Assembly (NCBI GenBank): GCA_035525455.1
Contig: DATLEF010000050.1
Location: forward strand, 7,108 to 71,107
DNA: 64,000 nt
Direction: 5' to 3'
Origin: Burkholderiales bacterium
GTDB taxonomy: Bacteria; Pseudomonadota; Gammaproteobacteria; Burkholderiales; SG8-41
Shown: positions 51,140 to 61,107 of the stretch, piece after piece
How the letters are laid out: each line of letters starts with the position of its first letter
Position numbering within the stretch: the first letter of the stretch is position 1
Position numbers and translations under genes: made by a program
Notes under the pieces: generated by a model
The model's database searches: none
Told to the model about the DNA's origin: nothing
What the model saw: the letters and a program-made list of their open reading frames with translations, nothing else

Positions 51140-51961
51140 TCATGCGGCGGCCGGGAAAAGCGGTTTGAACCACGCTGGCGCCGCCGGCCGGTTCGGCTCG
51201 GCCTTCATCGTACGGGAGCGGGCCCTCCATGACCCCAGGATGATGCGTTCGGCCGCGCCGAGCTCACCGTACCGCTCGACGACCGCGCGCATGCGGGCGA
51301 CGAATTCATCGTATCCGAGCACATTGAATGCGACATTGGGGCCGCATTGCGCGCAAAGCGCGCTAAAAGCGCGTGCAACGTGCGTGTCGCGCGTGGCCCT
51401 GACGCACGCGAAAGCAGCACGCCACGCGGTCACAAAGCCCAGACGGTGCGCGCGCGGTTGGAGGTCGTAAGCCGATCTAAAATGGGCAAAGGAAAGCGCT
51501 TCCTCGTGTGCGTAGCGACGCGCCATGTCACGCAGCCGACGGTCATCCGACCAGCGCGCGAGGCAGCGGTAGAAAACCCCGCTTTGCGCGGCAGCCACGC
51601 ACCGCGCCAGCACTTCGTGCGCAGCGGTCGGGCCGGCGGCGCCGCGGCGCGATGCCAGCGCGTCATATTCCTCGCGCACTGCGGTCCAGTCGAGCTCGGG
51701 CCACGTGTTTTCGACGAATTCGCGCAGCTCGCGGGCGCGGGCGAGCTTGCGCGGCAGCCATTCGGTTTCGATCCACGCACAGAAGACCGCATTGCCGCGG
51801 AAGCAGTTCAGCAGGCGCTGCGCGTGCGGGGCGGCATCGGCTTCGAGCAGCGTGGCGGCGGCGATGCTGTAGAAAAGAGGGCCGTTGGCGCGTACCAGAA
51901 CGAGTTGGACCGGACGCGCAGTGTGGCCACGGGTCGATTGCTGCAGCGCTTTTGCTTCCAT
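51140..51961 (-). CDS. Hypothetical helical protein (273 aa), unassigned family
   Basis: Start at MEAKALQQ (ATG 51961, GGAGG 6 nt upstream) inside ORF 51140..52018. It is all-alpha-looking, Trp/Arg-rich, and has no TM segment or signal peptide. It is divergent from an XRE-type regulator. Confidence 0.7.
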   Translation of the reverse strand: MEAKALQQSTRGHTARPVQLVLVRANGPLFYSIAAATLLEADAAPHAQRLLNCFRGNAVFCAWIETEWLPRKLARARELREFVENTWPELDWTAVREEYDALASRRGAAGPTAAHEVLARCVAAAQSGVFYRCLARWSDDRRLRDMARRYAHEEALSFAHFRSAYDLQPRAHRLGFVTAWRAAFACVRATRDTHVARAFSALCAQCGPNVAFNVLGYDEFVARMRAVVERYGELGAAERIILGSWRARSRTMKAEPNRPAAPAWFKPLFPAAA

Positions 51962-52111
51962 GACGGCCTCCTTGGGTTGAGGGACGGTGCGATGCGGTGG
52001 AGGCATATTCGCCCGCATCAGGACCTATTACACGTTTTATCGGGTAGGTTGCAGCCGGTATCGCCGGAGGTATTATTTAACGCCACTTCGACCCGGAAAC
52101 GGGAGGTTGCC

Positions 52112-52888
52112 ATGGCGCAGACGGCGGCATTGATTGACGCGCTCAAGCGCGAGCTCAAGGCGCGCGGCATCACGTATGCGCACCTCGCGCCTGCGCTCAA
52201 GCTGAGCGAAGCCAGCGTCAAGCGCATGTTTTCACGGTGCGATTTCACCTTGAAGCGGCTCGACGAGATCTGCCGCCACGCCCGCATCGAGTTTTCGGAC
52301 CTGACTCGCGCGCTCGCACGCAAGGAAGCGCTCATCTCGCAGCTTACGCCCGAGCAGGAAAAAGAGATCGTCGCCGACAAGAAGCTGTTTCTGGTGGCGG
52401 TCTGCGCGCTGAACCACGTCACGTTCGATCAGATCGTCGAACGCTATGATGTGAGCGCGCCCGAGTGCGTGCGCCTCCTGACGCGGCTCGACCGCCTGAA
52501 ATTCATCGAGCTGCAGCCTGGCAACCGCATTCGCCTGCTCATATCGCGGACATTTGCGTGGCTGCCGAATGGCCCGATACAGCGGTTCTTCAATGACCAG
52601 GCGCATAACGAATTCTTCGACTCGCGCTTCGACCGCAGCAACGAGTTCATGCTGGTGGTGAATGGCATGCTGTCGAAGGCATCGAGTGCGGTGATGGTGG
52701 ACCGATTGAAGCGCGTGGCACGGGAGTTTTCAGAGCTGCACAACGACGACGTGCGCCTGCCGCTCGAGCAGCGTTCGGCGATGAGCGTACTGGTCGCGCT
52801 CCGGCACTGGGAGCTGGCGGCGTTCGCGGAGCTCCGCCGTCAGCCGCAAATCGCGCGTACTGTCAGGCCTCGAGGTGGTAGCGCGTGA
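52112..52888 (+). CDS. XRE-family helix-turn-helix transcriptional regulator with uncharacterised C-terminal domain
   Basis: 258 aa from [41 protein letters not shown] (ATG 52112, GGAGG 6 nt upstream) inside the 513-aa listed ORF. This is a Cro/C1-type HTH, with a possible second winged-helix block ([21 protein letters not shown]). Confidence 0.82.
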   Translation: MAQTAALIDALKRELKARGITYAHLAPALKLSEASVKRMFSRCDFTLKRLDEICRHARIEFSDLTRALARKEALISQLTPEQEKEIVADKKLFLVAVCALNHVTFDQIVERYDVSAPECVRLLTRLDRLKFIELQPGNRIRLLISRTFAWLPNGPIQRFFNDQAHNEFFDSRFDRSNEFMLVVNGMLSKASSAVMVDRLKRVAREFSELHNDDVRLPLEQRSAMSVLVALRHWELAAFAELRRQPQIARTVRPRGGSA

Positions 52889-53861
52889 CGCGCTCGACTT
52901 CGTTCTTGGAGCCCAGGACCACACCCACCCGCTGGTGCAGCGCGGTGGGCTGTATATCGAGTATGCGCTGACGCCCATCGGTCGCGGCGCCTCCCGCCTG
53001 CTCAACGATGAAAGACATGGGGTTGGCTTCGTACATCATGCGCAGCCGGCCTTCTGTGTGCTTGGCGTCCTTGGGATACATGAATATGCCGCCGCGGGAA
53101 AGTATGCGGTAGACGTCGGCGACCATGGAGGCGACCCAGCGCATGTTGAAATCCTTGTCGCGAGTACCGGTTTTCCCCGCCAGGCATTCGTCGATATAGC
53201 GCTTGATCGGCGGTTCCCAGTTGCGCGCATTCGATGCGTTGATTGCGAATTCCTGGGTGTCTTCCGGTATGAGGATGCGCTCGTCCGTCAGCACCCACTG
53301 GCCGACCTCGCGATCGAGCGTGAAGCCCACGACGCCGTTGCCCACGGTCAGCACGAGTATGGTGGCGGCGCCGTACACGGCAAAACCCGCCGCAACCTGT
53401 TTGGAACCGGGCTGGAGAAACGCTTGTGTGTCAAAAGCGCTGCAGCTGTTCGGGCAGCGCAGCACCGAGAATATCGTGCCCACCGAAATATTGACGTCCA
53501 GGTTCGAGGAGCCGTCCAGCGGATCGTAGAGCAGCAGGAACTCCCCTTTCGGGTAGCGATTCGGAATTTGATAAGGCTCCGCCATTTCCTCGGACACCAT
53601 GGCGGCGAGCTGTCCGCCCCACTCGTTCGCTTCGACCAGCACTTCGTTCGCGATCACATCGAGCTTTTTCTGCGCTTCGCCTTGTACATTGTCGAGACCC
53701 ACCGCATCGCCGATGCCCGCAAGCGGGCCTTTGCTCACCACGTGGCTGATCGCTTTGCACGCGCGCGCGATCACTTCGATCAGGAGCCGCAGCTCGGGGG
53801 AGACTTTGCCGTAATGGCGCTGCTGCTCGATCAGGTATTGGGTGAGTGTGACCCGCCGCAT
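52863..53861 (-). CDS. fbp: Class 1 fructose-1,6-bisphosphatase
   Basis: 332 aa from [14 protein letters not shown] (53861) inside the listed 416-aa ORF. It has the metal-binding block [13 protein letters not shown] and the C-terminal GS.NEV motif. Confidence 0.94.
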   Translation of the reverse strand: MRRVTLTQYLIEQQRHYGKVSPELRLLIEVIARACKAISHVVSKGPLAGIGDAVGLDNVQGEAQKKLDVIANEVLVEANEWGGQLAAMVSEEMAEPYQIPNRYPKGEFLLLYDPLDGSSNLDVNISVGTIFSVLRCPNSCSAFDTQAFLQPGSKQVAAGFAVYGAATILVLTVGNGVVGFTLDREVGQWVLTDERILIPEDTQEFAINASNARNWEPPIKRYIDECLAGKTGTRDKDFNMRWVASMVADVYRILSRGGIFMYPKDAKHTEGRLRMMYEANPMSFIVEQAGGAATDGRQRILDIQPTALHQRVGVVLGSKNEVERVTRYHLEA

Positions 53862-53973
53862 GCATCCTCCGTTGGGGCTTGAATTTGCCCGGAAATTATC
53901 CGCTATACTCGTGTAAGTTGCACCCGCCGCGCTCGACCAAGCTGCACCGAAACGTCTTCCACGGAGCCCCCAC

Positions 53974-54597
53974 ATGGACCGACTCAAGCGATGGCTTTGG
54001 ATCGCACTCGTGTGCTCGTCCGCTTTCAACGCGAGCGCGTATGCACAGTCAAAACCGGCCGCACAATCCGCGCCCGCCAAGGCAACGTTCGCCGGCGGAT
54101 GCTTCTGGTGCATGGAGGAAGCGTACGAGAAGCTGCCCGGCGTGATATCGGCGGTGTCCGGCTATATGGGCGGCCGGACCAAGAATCCGACGTACGAACA
54201 GGTTTCGACCGGCAGCAGCGGCCACGCCGAGATCGTGCAGGTCCAGTACGATCCGAGCAAGATCACCTACGAAAAATTGGTGGAAGCGTTCTGGCGTAAC
54301 GTCGATCCGACGCAGCGCGACGGGCAGTTCTGCGACCACGGTTCGCAATACCGCAGCGCGATCTTCTACCACGGCGAAGAACAGAAAAAAGCGGCGGACG
54401 CATCCCGGGCGGCGCTCGAAAAGAGCAAGCCTTTCAAAGGCGAGATCGTGACCCAGATCGTGCCTGCGGCCGAGTTCTATCCGGCCGAGGAGTACCACCA
54501 GGATTACTATAAGAAGAATCCGGTTCGATACAAGGTGTACAAGACCGGTTGCGGCCGGGAAGCGCGGCTGCAGGCCGTCTGGGGCCGCCGCGAATAA
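53974..54597 (+). CDS. msrA: Peptide-methionine (S)-S-oxide reductase MsrA, secreted paralogue
   Basis: 207-aa ORF with a signal peptide ([20 protein letters not shown]) followed by [11 protein letters not shown] and [12 protein letters not shown]. Confidence 0.92.
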   Translation: MDRLKRWLWIALVCSSAFNASAYAQSKPAAQSAPAKATFAGGCFWCMEEAYEKLPGVISAVSGYMGGRTKNPTYEQVSTGSSGHAEIVQVQYDPSKITYEKLVEAFWRNVDPTQRDGQFCDHGSQYRSAIFYHGEEQKKAADASRAALEKSKPFKGEIVTQIVPAAEFYPAEEYHQDYYKKNPVRYKVYKTGCGREARLQAVWGRRE

Positions 54598-54603
54598 GGA
54601 AGG

Positions 54604-55803
54604 CTACGTGATCGTCACCCGCGCAAACTTGCGTTTGCCGACCTGAAGCACGACCTGCTCGCCTGTTTTGAGCAGGCGTGATTTGTCGTTCATTTTTTCG
54701 CCGTTCAGCTTAACGCCCCCCTGCTCGAGCAGGCGCAGTGCTTCCGAGGTGCTCGCAGTGAGGCCCGCCTGCTTGAGCACCTGTGCGATGGCGATACCGC
54801 CGCCGTCCGAATGGAGGCTCACGTCGGGCATGTCCTGCGGCACGCCTCCCTGACGAAATCGCGCCTCGAAATCTGCGAGCGCCGCCTGTGCCGCCGCCGA
54901 TCCGTGAAAGCGCTCGACAATTTCCTGCGCAAACGCGACTTTGATGTCGCGCGGATTGCGGCCCTTGGCCACCTCCTGCTTCCACTGGCGAACCGCCGCA
55001 AGCGGCACGAAGGACAGGAGCTCGATGTAGCGCCACATGATCTCGTCCGAGATCGACATGAGCTTGCCGAAGATCTCGGTAGCCGGTTCGTCGATACCGA
55101 CGTAATTGCCGAGCGACTTCGACATCTTGTTGACGCCGTCCAGCCCTTCCAGGAGCGGCATCGTCAATATCGCCTGCGGTTTCTGGCCGAAATGCTTCTG
55201 GAGCTCACGGCCCATCAGCAGATTGAACTTCTGGTCGGTGCCGCCCAGCTCGATGTCGGCGCGCAACGCCACTGAATCGTAGCCCTGCACCAGCGGATAC
55301 AGAAATTCGTGGATCGCGATCGGTTGCTTGCCCTGATAGCGCTTCGAAAAATCGTCGCGCTCGAGCATCCGCGCGACGGTATGCGTGGCAGCGAGCTTGA
55401 TCATGTCAGCCGCCGCGAGCTTGTCCATCCAGCTTGAATTGAAAACGACTTCGGTCCGGGTGCGATCGAGGATCTTGAACACCTGCTTCGTATAAGTCTC
55501 GGCGTTGCGCGCAACCTCTTCGCGCGTAAGCGGCGGCCGCGTCGTGTTTTTGCCCGTCGGGTCGCCGATCATCCCCGTGAAATCCCCGATCAGGAAAAGG
55601 ACGTGATGGCCCAGATCCTGGAGCTGGCGCAGCTTGTTGATGAGCACGGTGTGCCCGAGGTGCAGATCCGGCGCCGTGGGGTCGAAGCCGGCCTTGACGC
55701 GAAGCGGCCCGCCAGAGGCCAGACGCTCGAGCAATTCCGACTCGACGAGGAGCTCCTCGCATCCGCGCTTTATGACGTCGAGCTGCTCGTTCAAGGGTGC
55801 CAT
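54604..55803 (-). CDS. tyrS: Tyrosine--tRNA ligase (type 2, about 400 aa)
   Basis: Start at [14 protein letters not shown] (55803). It has the HIGH motif (LHLGHTV), the KMSKS motif (KMSKSLGN) and a C-terminal S4-like domain. Confidence 0.95.
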   Translation of the reverse strand: MAPLNEQLDVIKRGCEELLVESELLERLASGGPLRVKAGFDPTAPDLHLGHTVLINKLRQLQDLGHHVLFLIGDFTGMIGDPTGKNTTRPPLTREEVARNAETYTKQVFKILDRTRTEVVFNSSWMDKLAAADMIKLAATHTVARMLERDDFSKRYQGKQPIAIHEFLYPLVQGYDSVALRADIELGGTDQKFNLLMGRELQKHFGQKPQAILTMPLLEGLDGVNKMSKSLGNYVGIDEPATEIFGKLMSISDEIMWRYIELLSFVPLAAVRQWKQEVAKGRNPRDIKVAFAQEIVERFHGSAAAQAALADFEARFRQGGVPQDMPDVSLHSDGGGIAIAQVLKQAGLTASTSEALRLLEQGGVKLNGEKMNDKSRLLKTGEQVVLQVGKRKFARVTIT

Positions 55804-55918
55804 GCTGGGGCGATTTTCATTATCCGGAAGCGACAATTTGTTGTTTGCCGGCGACAAATCTTCTGTTAAGCTTTGCCGCGCTGGTCAGTACCTAGAACGC
55901 AAAATATGTAGGAAAATC

Positions 55919-57232
55919 ATGCGGCAAGCGTCTCCCATTGTACTTGAAAAGCTGCTTCCGCTTGTGCGCAGCCGCGCTATTCGCCGTGGTGTGCTCGCCG
56001 CCGTCCTGCCGTTCGTGGGCGTCGTCGCCGCTTTCGGCATCGCGCCCAACACCGTAACCGAAAAAATCGCGCTGACTCGGGTCATCGAGGAAGTCACCCT
56101 TGCGCCTGCGCCCTCCGCGCCGGTCGCGGAGGAAACCTACTGGCGCGAAGAGCGCATTCAACGCGGCGACACATTCGCCAGTTTGCTCGCCCGGCTGAAG
56201 ATCGAAGACGCCGCCGCAGTACGTTTCTTACGGCTCAGCGCGGAAGCGAAAGGGCTCAGGCAGCTTGTGCCCGGCCGCATGATACGCGCGCACACGACCG
56301 AAGAGGGGCAGCTCGTCGAGCTGCGTTATTCCACCGGACTCATGATGCTGACCGTGAAACCGGACGGCGATACCTTCCGGTTGAGCGAACAGGTCGCGCC
56401 ACTCGAACGCCGCGTCATTATGAAATCGGGGGAGATCAGGACTTCGCTTTTTGCCGCCACCGATGCCGCGCAGCTGACCGATGCCGTCGCAGACCAGCTC
56501 GCGAGCATATTTTCAACAGATATCGATTTTCACCGCGATTTGCGCCGCGGCGACCGCTTCACCGTCGTTTACGAGATGTACTACGACTCGGGTGAGCCGA
56601 TCCGGTCGGGGCGCGTGCTCGCAGCCGAGTTCGTCAATCAGAACAGGCCCTACCAGGCAGTCTGGTTCCAGCACGACAACGGCCAAGGCGACTATTACAC
56701 GCTTGCAGGCAAGCCGATCAAGAAAGCTTTTCTGCGCTCGCCGCTCGAATTTTCACGCATCAGCTCGGGCTTCACGACAGCGCGGTTCCATCCGGTGCTG
56801 CAGCGCTGGCGCGCGCACACCGGAGTCGATTACGCCGCGCCGACGGGAACGCGCGTAAAAGCGACCTCCGACGGTATCGTCGAATTCGCGGGCCGCCAGG
56901 GCGGTTACGGCAATGTCGTCGTCCTCCGGCATCAGAAGAAATACACGACGCTTTACGGCCATCTGTCGGCATTCGGCCGCGGCATGCGTACCGGCTCGCG
57001 CGTGGCGCAGGGAGACGTGATCGGCTACGTCGGCGCGACCGGCCTTGCGACCGGACCCCATCTACACTACGAATTCAGGGTGAACGACGTGCACTTCGAC
57101 CCGCTGACGGTCGCGATGCCTGATGCGCCGCCGATTACGGCCGAACGCCGCGGCGCATTCGAGGCGGTTGCGCAGCCGCTGGGACAGCGCCTGGGCCTGC
57201 TGCGCGGAACCAATCTCGCGCGCTTGCAATAG
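55919..57232 (+). CDS. M23-family peptidoglycan DD-metalloendopeptidase with N-terminal anchor and LysM/OapA-like region
   Basis: 437 aa from MRQASPIVLEKL (55919) inside the listed 532-aa ORF. It has the M23 motifs HTGVDYAAPTGT (HxxxD) and GPHLHYE (HxH). Confidence 0.9.
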   Translation: MRQASPIVLEKLLPLVRSRAIRRGVLAAVLPFVGVVAAFGIAPNTVTEKIALTRVIEEVTLAPAPSAPVAEETYWREERIQRGDTFASLLARLKIEDAAAVRFLRLSAEAKGLRQLVPGRMIRAHTTEEGQLVELRYSTGLMMLTVKPDGDTFRLSEQVAPLERRVIMKSGEIRTSLFAATDAAQLTDAVADQLASIFSTDIDFHRDLRRGDRFTVVYEMYYDSGEPIRSGRVLAAEFVNQNRPYQAVWFQHDNGQGDYYTLAGKPIKKAFLRSPLEFSRISSGFTTARFHPVLQRWRAHTGVDYAAPTGTRVKATSDGIVEFAGRQGGYGNVVVLRHQKKYTTLYGHLSAFGRGMRTGSRVAQGDVIGYVGATGLATGPHLHYEFRVNDVHFDPLTVAMPDAPPITAERRGAFEAVAQPLGQRLGLLRGTNLARLQ

Positions 57233-57280
57233 CGCGGATCGGCGACGGTCTCCGGGGGGCGCAGTCGCTCCGGCCGCAAT

Positions 57281-57308
57281 AAAAACGGGAGCCGAGGCTC
57301 CCGTTTTG
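57281..57308. terminator. Bidirectional rho-independent terminator between the M23 peptidase gene and erpA
   Basis: Sequence is AAAAACGGGAGCCgaGGCTCCCGTTTTG. It has a stem of 8-9 bp flanked by an A-run and a T-run, sitting between convergent genes. Confidence 0.8.
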
Positions 57309-57327
57309 CTCTGTTGGCGCCCTTGCG

Positions 57328-57681
57328 TCAGGCGGAAAACGACGAACCACAACCGCACGTCGATGTCGCATTCGGATTCTTGATCACGAACTGCGCGCCC
57401 TCGACGTTTTCCTGGTAGTCGATTTCCGCACCGGCCAAATATTGCAGGCTCATCGGATCGATCAGCAGGGTGACGCCGGCTTTTTCCATGGTCGTGTCGT
57501 CATCACTTACGGCCTCGTCGAACGTAAATCCGTACTGGAAGCCCGAACATCCGCCGCCGGTCACGAACACACGCAGCTTCAGATCGGGATTACCTTCCTC
57601 CTCGATCAGCTGTTTTACCTTGTTCGCCGCGCTGTCGGTAAAGACGAGCGGGACCGGCATCTGTTCGGTTACTGCATTCAT
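57328..57681 (-). CDS. erpA: Iron-sulfur cluster insertion protein ErpA (A-type carrier)
   Basis: 117-aa ORF with [16 protein letters not shown] and the C-terminal CGCGSSF cysteine ligands. Confidence 0.94.
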   Translation of the reverse strand: MNAVTEQMPVPLVFTDSAANKVKQLIEEEGNPDLKLRVFVTGGGCSGFQYGFTFDEAVSDDDTTMEKAGVTLLIDPMSLQYLAGAEIDYQENVEGAQFVIKNPNATSTCGCGSSFSA

Positions 57682-57728
57682 GTCGTGCTCCTGCGGAAAT
57701 CCTTAGTTGGGGCTTCCTCAAGCGATAT

Positions 57729-58136
57729 TCAATCGCCGGAAGCGGGTTTCAGCTGAATGATTTTGTCCGATCTTGTTTCGGCCACGTGAACGAGACGTCC
57801 CTGCACGACCGCGCCCAGCTGCATCTCGAGCGTATTGTAATGGACATCCCCTGTGACACTCGCCTTGGACTGCAGTTCAACGTACTCAGACGAATGCACG
57901 GGCCCCGCAACGAGGCCGTTGACCACGATGTGCGGCACCCGGATTTCGCCCTCGACGCACGCGTGCTCGGAAATGACGAGCGTCCCCGATTTGCCGTCCT
58001 CCGCGTGGATATTGCCCCGGACGGTCCCGTCGACGCGGAGCCCCCCGCTGAATACGACGTTGCCTTCGACAGTCGTTCCCGCGCCGATAAGGCAGTCTAT
58101 GCGGTCCTGGGACTTGCTCGATTTCGCTCCAAACAT
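57729..58136 (-). CDS. Bactofilin-family polymer-forming cytoskeletal protein
   Basis: 135-aa ORF with repetitive beta-helix pattern (GAGTTVEGNVVFSGGLRVDGTVRGNIHAE...VEGEIRVPHIVVNGLVAGPV...VTGDVHYNTLEMQLGAVVQGRL) typical of the bactofilin (DUF583) domain. Confidence 0.88.
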   Translation of the reverse strand: MFGAKSSKSQDRIDCLIGAGTTVEGNVVFSGGLRVDGTVRGNIHAEDGKSGTLVISEHACVEGEIRVPHIVVNGLVAGPVHSSEYVELQSKASVTGDVHYNTLEMQLGAVVQGRLVHVAETRSDKIIQLKPASGD

Positions 58137-58147
58137 ATCGGTCCCTT

Positions 58148-58891
58148 TCAGGAAATATCCAATGTCTGCGTTAGTTTAGGCGTCCTGACCCCGTTTTCAA
58201 AGACCCGCACCTGCATGCCTTTGAGGACGCTTCCGGGGGTCAGCTTGAAAGAGCCTTCCACGCGCTGGAAAAACTTGAAATTGAGCTGGTAATCGCGTGA
58301 TTCACGGTCGGCTTCGGGGGGGAACACCAGGAGCAGCCGCCGGCTGTCGTGCTGCACATCGAGCACAAACTCCAGTTTGCCCTGAAACTCGCGCATCCGC
58401 TGCCCGCTCTGCACGAGCAGCATCCGATAGCGGTACTCGCCGGCGGCAGGCTCGGGCTGCAGCCGAAAGCGATTTACGCTGATCGCTGCCTCGCGACCCT
58501 GCGTCGAGCTCATGAGCGACTGAAAGAACGCCAGATCCTCCTTAAGCTGGGCGTTTTCAAAGGTAAGCGATTTGACGTGCTTCATCAGATCGGCCGCCGC
58601 CGCCCGGTCGATCTGCAGTTGACGATCGGCCTGGGCAACCTTGGACCGCAGCTCGGCGAGCTCAATTTGCTGGCGCTGCGCCTCTTCTTCCATGCGCTCG
58701 ACGTGGCGCTCCGCGTCCGCATGGCCCCAGCGGCCGCCGAACAGCGCAAGTGCAGCCCACGCAACGAGCACGATCACACCCATGCCTGCAGCCGTCTGCG
58801 CGATGCGCCAATACCACGGCACGGCCGGCCGGACCGCCATACGCCTGGCAGAGATGCCGGCACTGCGACGGCGGAGGCGAAATGCGCTCAT
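58148..58891 (-). CDS. Membrane-anchored coiled-coil protein (possibly DUF6776-like), co-oriented with bactofilin
   Basis: 247-aa ORF with one TM segment (TAAGMGVIVLVAWAALALF), a coiled coil of about 70 aa (EEEAQRQQIELAELRSKVAQADRQLQ...) and then a beta-rich C-terminal domain. The family name is from memory only. Confidence 0.75.
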   Translation of the reverse strand: MSAFRLRRRSAGISARRMAVRPAVPWYWRIAQTAAGMGVIVLVAWAALALFGGRWGHADAERHVERMEEEAQRQQIELAELRSKVAQADRQLQIDRAAAADLMKHVKSLTFENAQLKEDLAFFQSLMSSTQGREAAISVNRFRLQPEPAAGEYRYRMLLVQSGQRMREFQGKLEFVLDVQHDSRRLLLVFPPEADRESRDYQLNFKFFQRVEGSFKLTPGSVLKGMQVRVFENGVRTPKLTQTLDIS

Positions 58892-58899
58892 CTACTCGA

Positions 58900-59946
58900 T
58901 CAGGGCAGCAAAGCCACCTGCTCCAGTCCCACCGTTTCCGGCAGCCCGAACATGAGATTCATGTTCTGTACGGCCTGCCCCGACGCGCCCTTGACCAGGT
59001 TGTCGATGACCGACAGCACGACTGCGATATCCCCATCCTGCGGCTGATGGACCGCAATCCGGCACACATTCGCGCCGCGCACCGAGCGCGTCTCCGGGTG
59101 GCTTCCTGCGGGCAGCACGTCGACGAACGGCTCGGCTGCGTAGCGCGTCTCATAAAGCGCCTGCAAATCCACCTGCCCCGTGAGCTTCGCGTACAGCGTG
59201 GCGTGTATACCGCGGATCATCGGGATGAGGTGCGGCGTAAACACGAGCTTCACGGGCGTGCCAGCCATGGCGTTAAGGCCTTGCGTGATCTCCGGCAGAT
59301 GCCGGTGGCCCCCTACCGCATAGGCTTTGAAGTTGTCAGCCGCTTCGCTGAGCAAGGCATGCACTTCGGGTTTGCGTCCGGCGCCCGAAACGCCCGACTT
59401 CGCATCGGCGATCAGATGCTCGAGATCGATGCACCCGCTTTCCACGAGCGGCAGAAAACCGAGCTGAACGGCGGTCGGATAGCAGCCCGGGTTGGCGACG
59501 ATGCGCGCTTCACGAATGCGGTCGCGATTGACCTCCGGGAGCCCATAAACCGCTTCAGCGACAAGCTCGGGACACGCGTGCCTCATTTTGTACCAGTGTT
59601 CCCAGAGCCCGACGTCCTTGATGCGGAAATCCGCGGCAATGTCGATCAACCGGACGCCGGCGTCATAGAGCGCGCGCGCTTCGTTCATGGCGACGCCGTT
59701 GGGCGTCGCGAAGAACACGACGTCGCACGCGCTCAACGCCGCGCGCGAGGGCTCGCTGAAGTTGAGCGCGACACGCCCACGGAGATTGGGGAACATGTTG
59801 GCGACGGGCATGCCCGTTTCCTTGCGCGAGGTGATGACCGCCAGCTCGCACTGTGGATGCTGGACGAGTAGGCGCAAAAGCTCGACCCCGGTGTAACCGG
59901 TGCCGCCGACGATACCGACCTTGATGGTTGTCTTGGCCATTCGCAC
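58900..59946 (-). CDS. argC: N-acetyl-gamma-glutamyl-phosphate reductase
   Basis: 348-aa ORF with the Rossmann motif [19 protein letters not shown] and the active-site block ANPGCYPT. Confidence 0.95.
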   Translation of the reverse strand: MRMAKTTIKVGIVGGTGYTGVELLRLLVQHPQCELAVITSRKETGMPVANMFPNLRGRVALNFSEPSRAALSACDVVFFATPNGVAMNEARALYDAGVRLIDIAADFRIKDVGLWEHWYKMRHACPELVAEAVYGLPEVNRDRIREARIVANPGCYPTAVQLGFLPLVESGCIDLEHLIADAKSGVSGAGRKPEVHALLSEAADNFKAYAVGGHRHLPEITQGLNAMAGTPVKLVFTPHLIPMIRGIHATLYAKLTGQVDLQALYETRYAAEPFVDVLPAGSHPETRSVRGANVCRIAVHQPQDGDIAVVLSVIDNLVKGASGQAVQNMNLMFGLPETVGLEQVALLP

Positions 59947-60011
59947 ATCCCCGAACTCGACGCGTACTGCACGCCGCTCATTTCACGCGAAAAAACGCTT
60001 CCAGAGACGAC

Positions 60012-60033
60012 AAAGCCGCCCGCAGGCGGCTTT
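60012..60033 (-). terminator. Putative terminator after rpsI
   Basis: Sequence is AAAGCCGCCcgcaGGCGGCTTT, a 9-bp stem 18 nt downstream of the rpsI stop. On the minus strand it is followed by GTCGTCTCT, so the U-tract is short. Confidence 0.5.
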
Positions 60034-60050
60034 GCTCAGCTGGCGCGGGC

Positions 60051-60443
60051 TTAGCGCTTGGAGAACTGCTTGCGGCGTCGTGCTTTGTGCAAACCGACTT
60101 TCTTGCGCTCGACTTCGCGCGCGTCGCGCGTCACGAGTCCGGCCTTCTTCAACGCCGCTTTCAGCGTCTCGTCATAGTTGATGAGCGCGCGGGTAATGCC
60201 GTGCCGAACCGCGCCGGCCTGGCCGGATTCTCCGCCGCCGGTCACGTTGATCTGAATGTCGAAGCGGTTCAGATTATCGGTGAGCTGGAGCGGCTGACGC
60301 ACGATCATGCGGCCGGTTTCACGCGAAAAGAATTCGTCGACCGGCTTCCCGTTGACGACGATATCGCCTTTGCCGGGCTTCAGGTAGACGCGCGCGACCG
60401 CGCTTTTGCGGCGGCCGGTTCCGTAGTTCTGCTGGACTGCCAT
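60051..60443 (-). CDS. rpsI: 30S ribosomal protein S9
   Basis: 130-aa ORF. It ends in the invariant [10 protein letters not shown] tail, and [12 protein letters not shown] lies near the N-terminus. Confidence 0.98.
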   Translation of the reverse strand: MAVQQNYGTGRRKSAVARVYLKPGKGDIVVNGKPVDEFFSRETGRMIVRQPLQLTDNLNRFDIQINVTGGGESGQAGAVRHGITRALINYDETLKAALKKAGLVTRDAREVERKKVGLHKARRRKQFSKR

Positions 60444-60456
60444 GTCTTAATGCGCC

Positions 60457-60885
60457 TTAGATCTGGAGAGGTTTGGGCTGTTGCGCGCTGTGCGGATGGT
60501 CGGCGCCCGGGTAGACCTTCATTTTGCGGATCATCGCGTAGCCGAGCGGCCCCTTGGGCAGCATGCCTTTTACGGCAAGCTGAAGAACCCGCTCCGGATG
60601 CTTCGCATGCAGCTTTTCAAAGCTCGTGGTGCGTATGCCGCCCGGATAGGTGGTGTGGCGGTGGTACAGCTTGTCTTTAGCCTTGTTGCCGGTCACGCGC
60701 AATTTGTCGGCATTGACCACGACGATATAATCGCCGGTATCCACATGCGGCGTGAATTCCGGTTTGTGCTTGCCGCGCAGTCGGCGCGCAATCTCAGTGG
60801 CGACACGGCCCAGCACTTGTCCGGCGGCGTCGACGATGTACCAGCCGCGCTCGACCTCATGCGGCTTGGCGGAAAACGTTTTCAT
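60457..60885 (-). CDS. rplM: 50S ribosomal protein L13
   Basis: 142-aa ORF with [20 protein letters not shown] and the typical L13 blocks ([16 protein letters not shown]-like). It forms the rplM-rpsI operon. Confidence 0.98.
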   Translation of the reverse strand: MKTFSAKPHEVERGWYIVDAAGQVLGRVATEIARRLRGKHKPEFTPHVDTGDYIVVVNADKLRVTGNKAKDKLYHRHTTYPGGIRTTSFEKLHAKHPERVLQLAVKGMLPKGPLGYAMIRKMKVYPGADHPHSAQQPKPLQI

Positions 60886-60923
60886 TGTTTGAACCTGGGG
60901 TGCTCGGCTTCAGGGAACCGCGA

Positions 60924-60953
60924 ATTCTATTGGAAATCAGCGTTCTGTGTCAA
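60924..60953 (-). promoter_or_regulatory. Putative sigma70 promoter of rplM-rpsI
   Basis: The minus strand reads TTGACA (60953..60948), then an 18-nt spacer, then TAGAAT (60929..60924). This lies about 40 nt upstream of the rplM ATG. Confidence 0.55.
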
Positions 60954-61107
60954 ACCTGAGCCGCCGCCTGCGCGCCTGCGAAGCGCCCCGCCCAAGCGTG
61001 CCCGGAACACGGGCTTAGTGCCGGGCCGGGCACTCCCGAATATCGCCGTGGTATCGCCTACAATTCGCGCGCGAGGGCCGTGCCGCCCGCCACACGCCGG
61101 AGAGCCC

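Noticed and set aside
51347-52888. A 513-aa ORF that would extend the XRE regulator 255 codons upstream
   Set aside because: The upstream part is antisense to the 273-aa gene and crosses the spacer. A GGAGG-ATG start at 52112 gives a normal HTH N-terminus ([25 protein letters not shown]).
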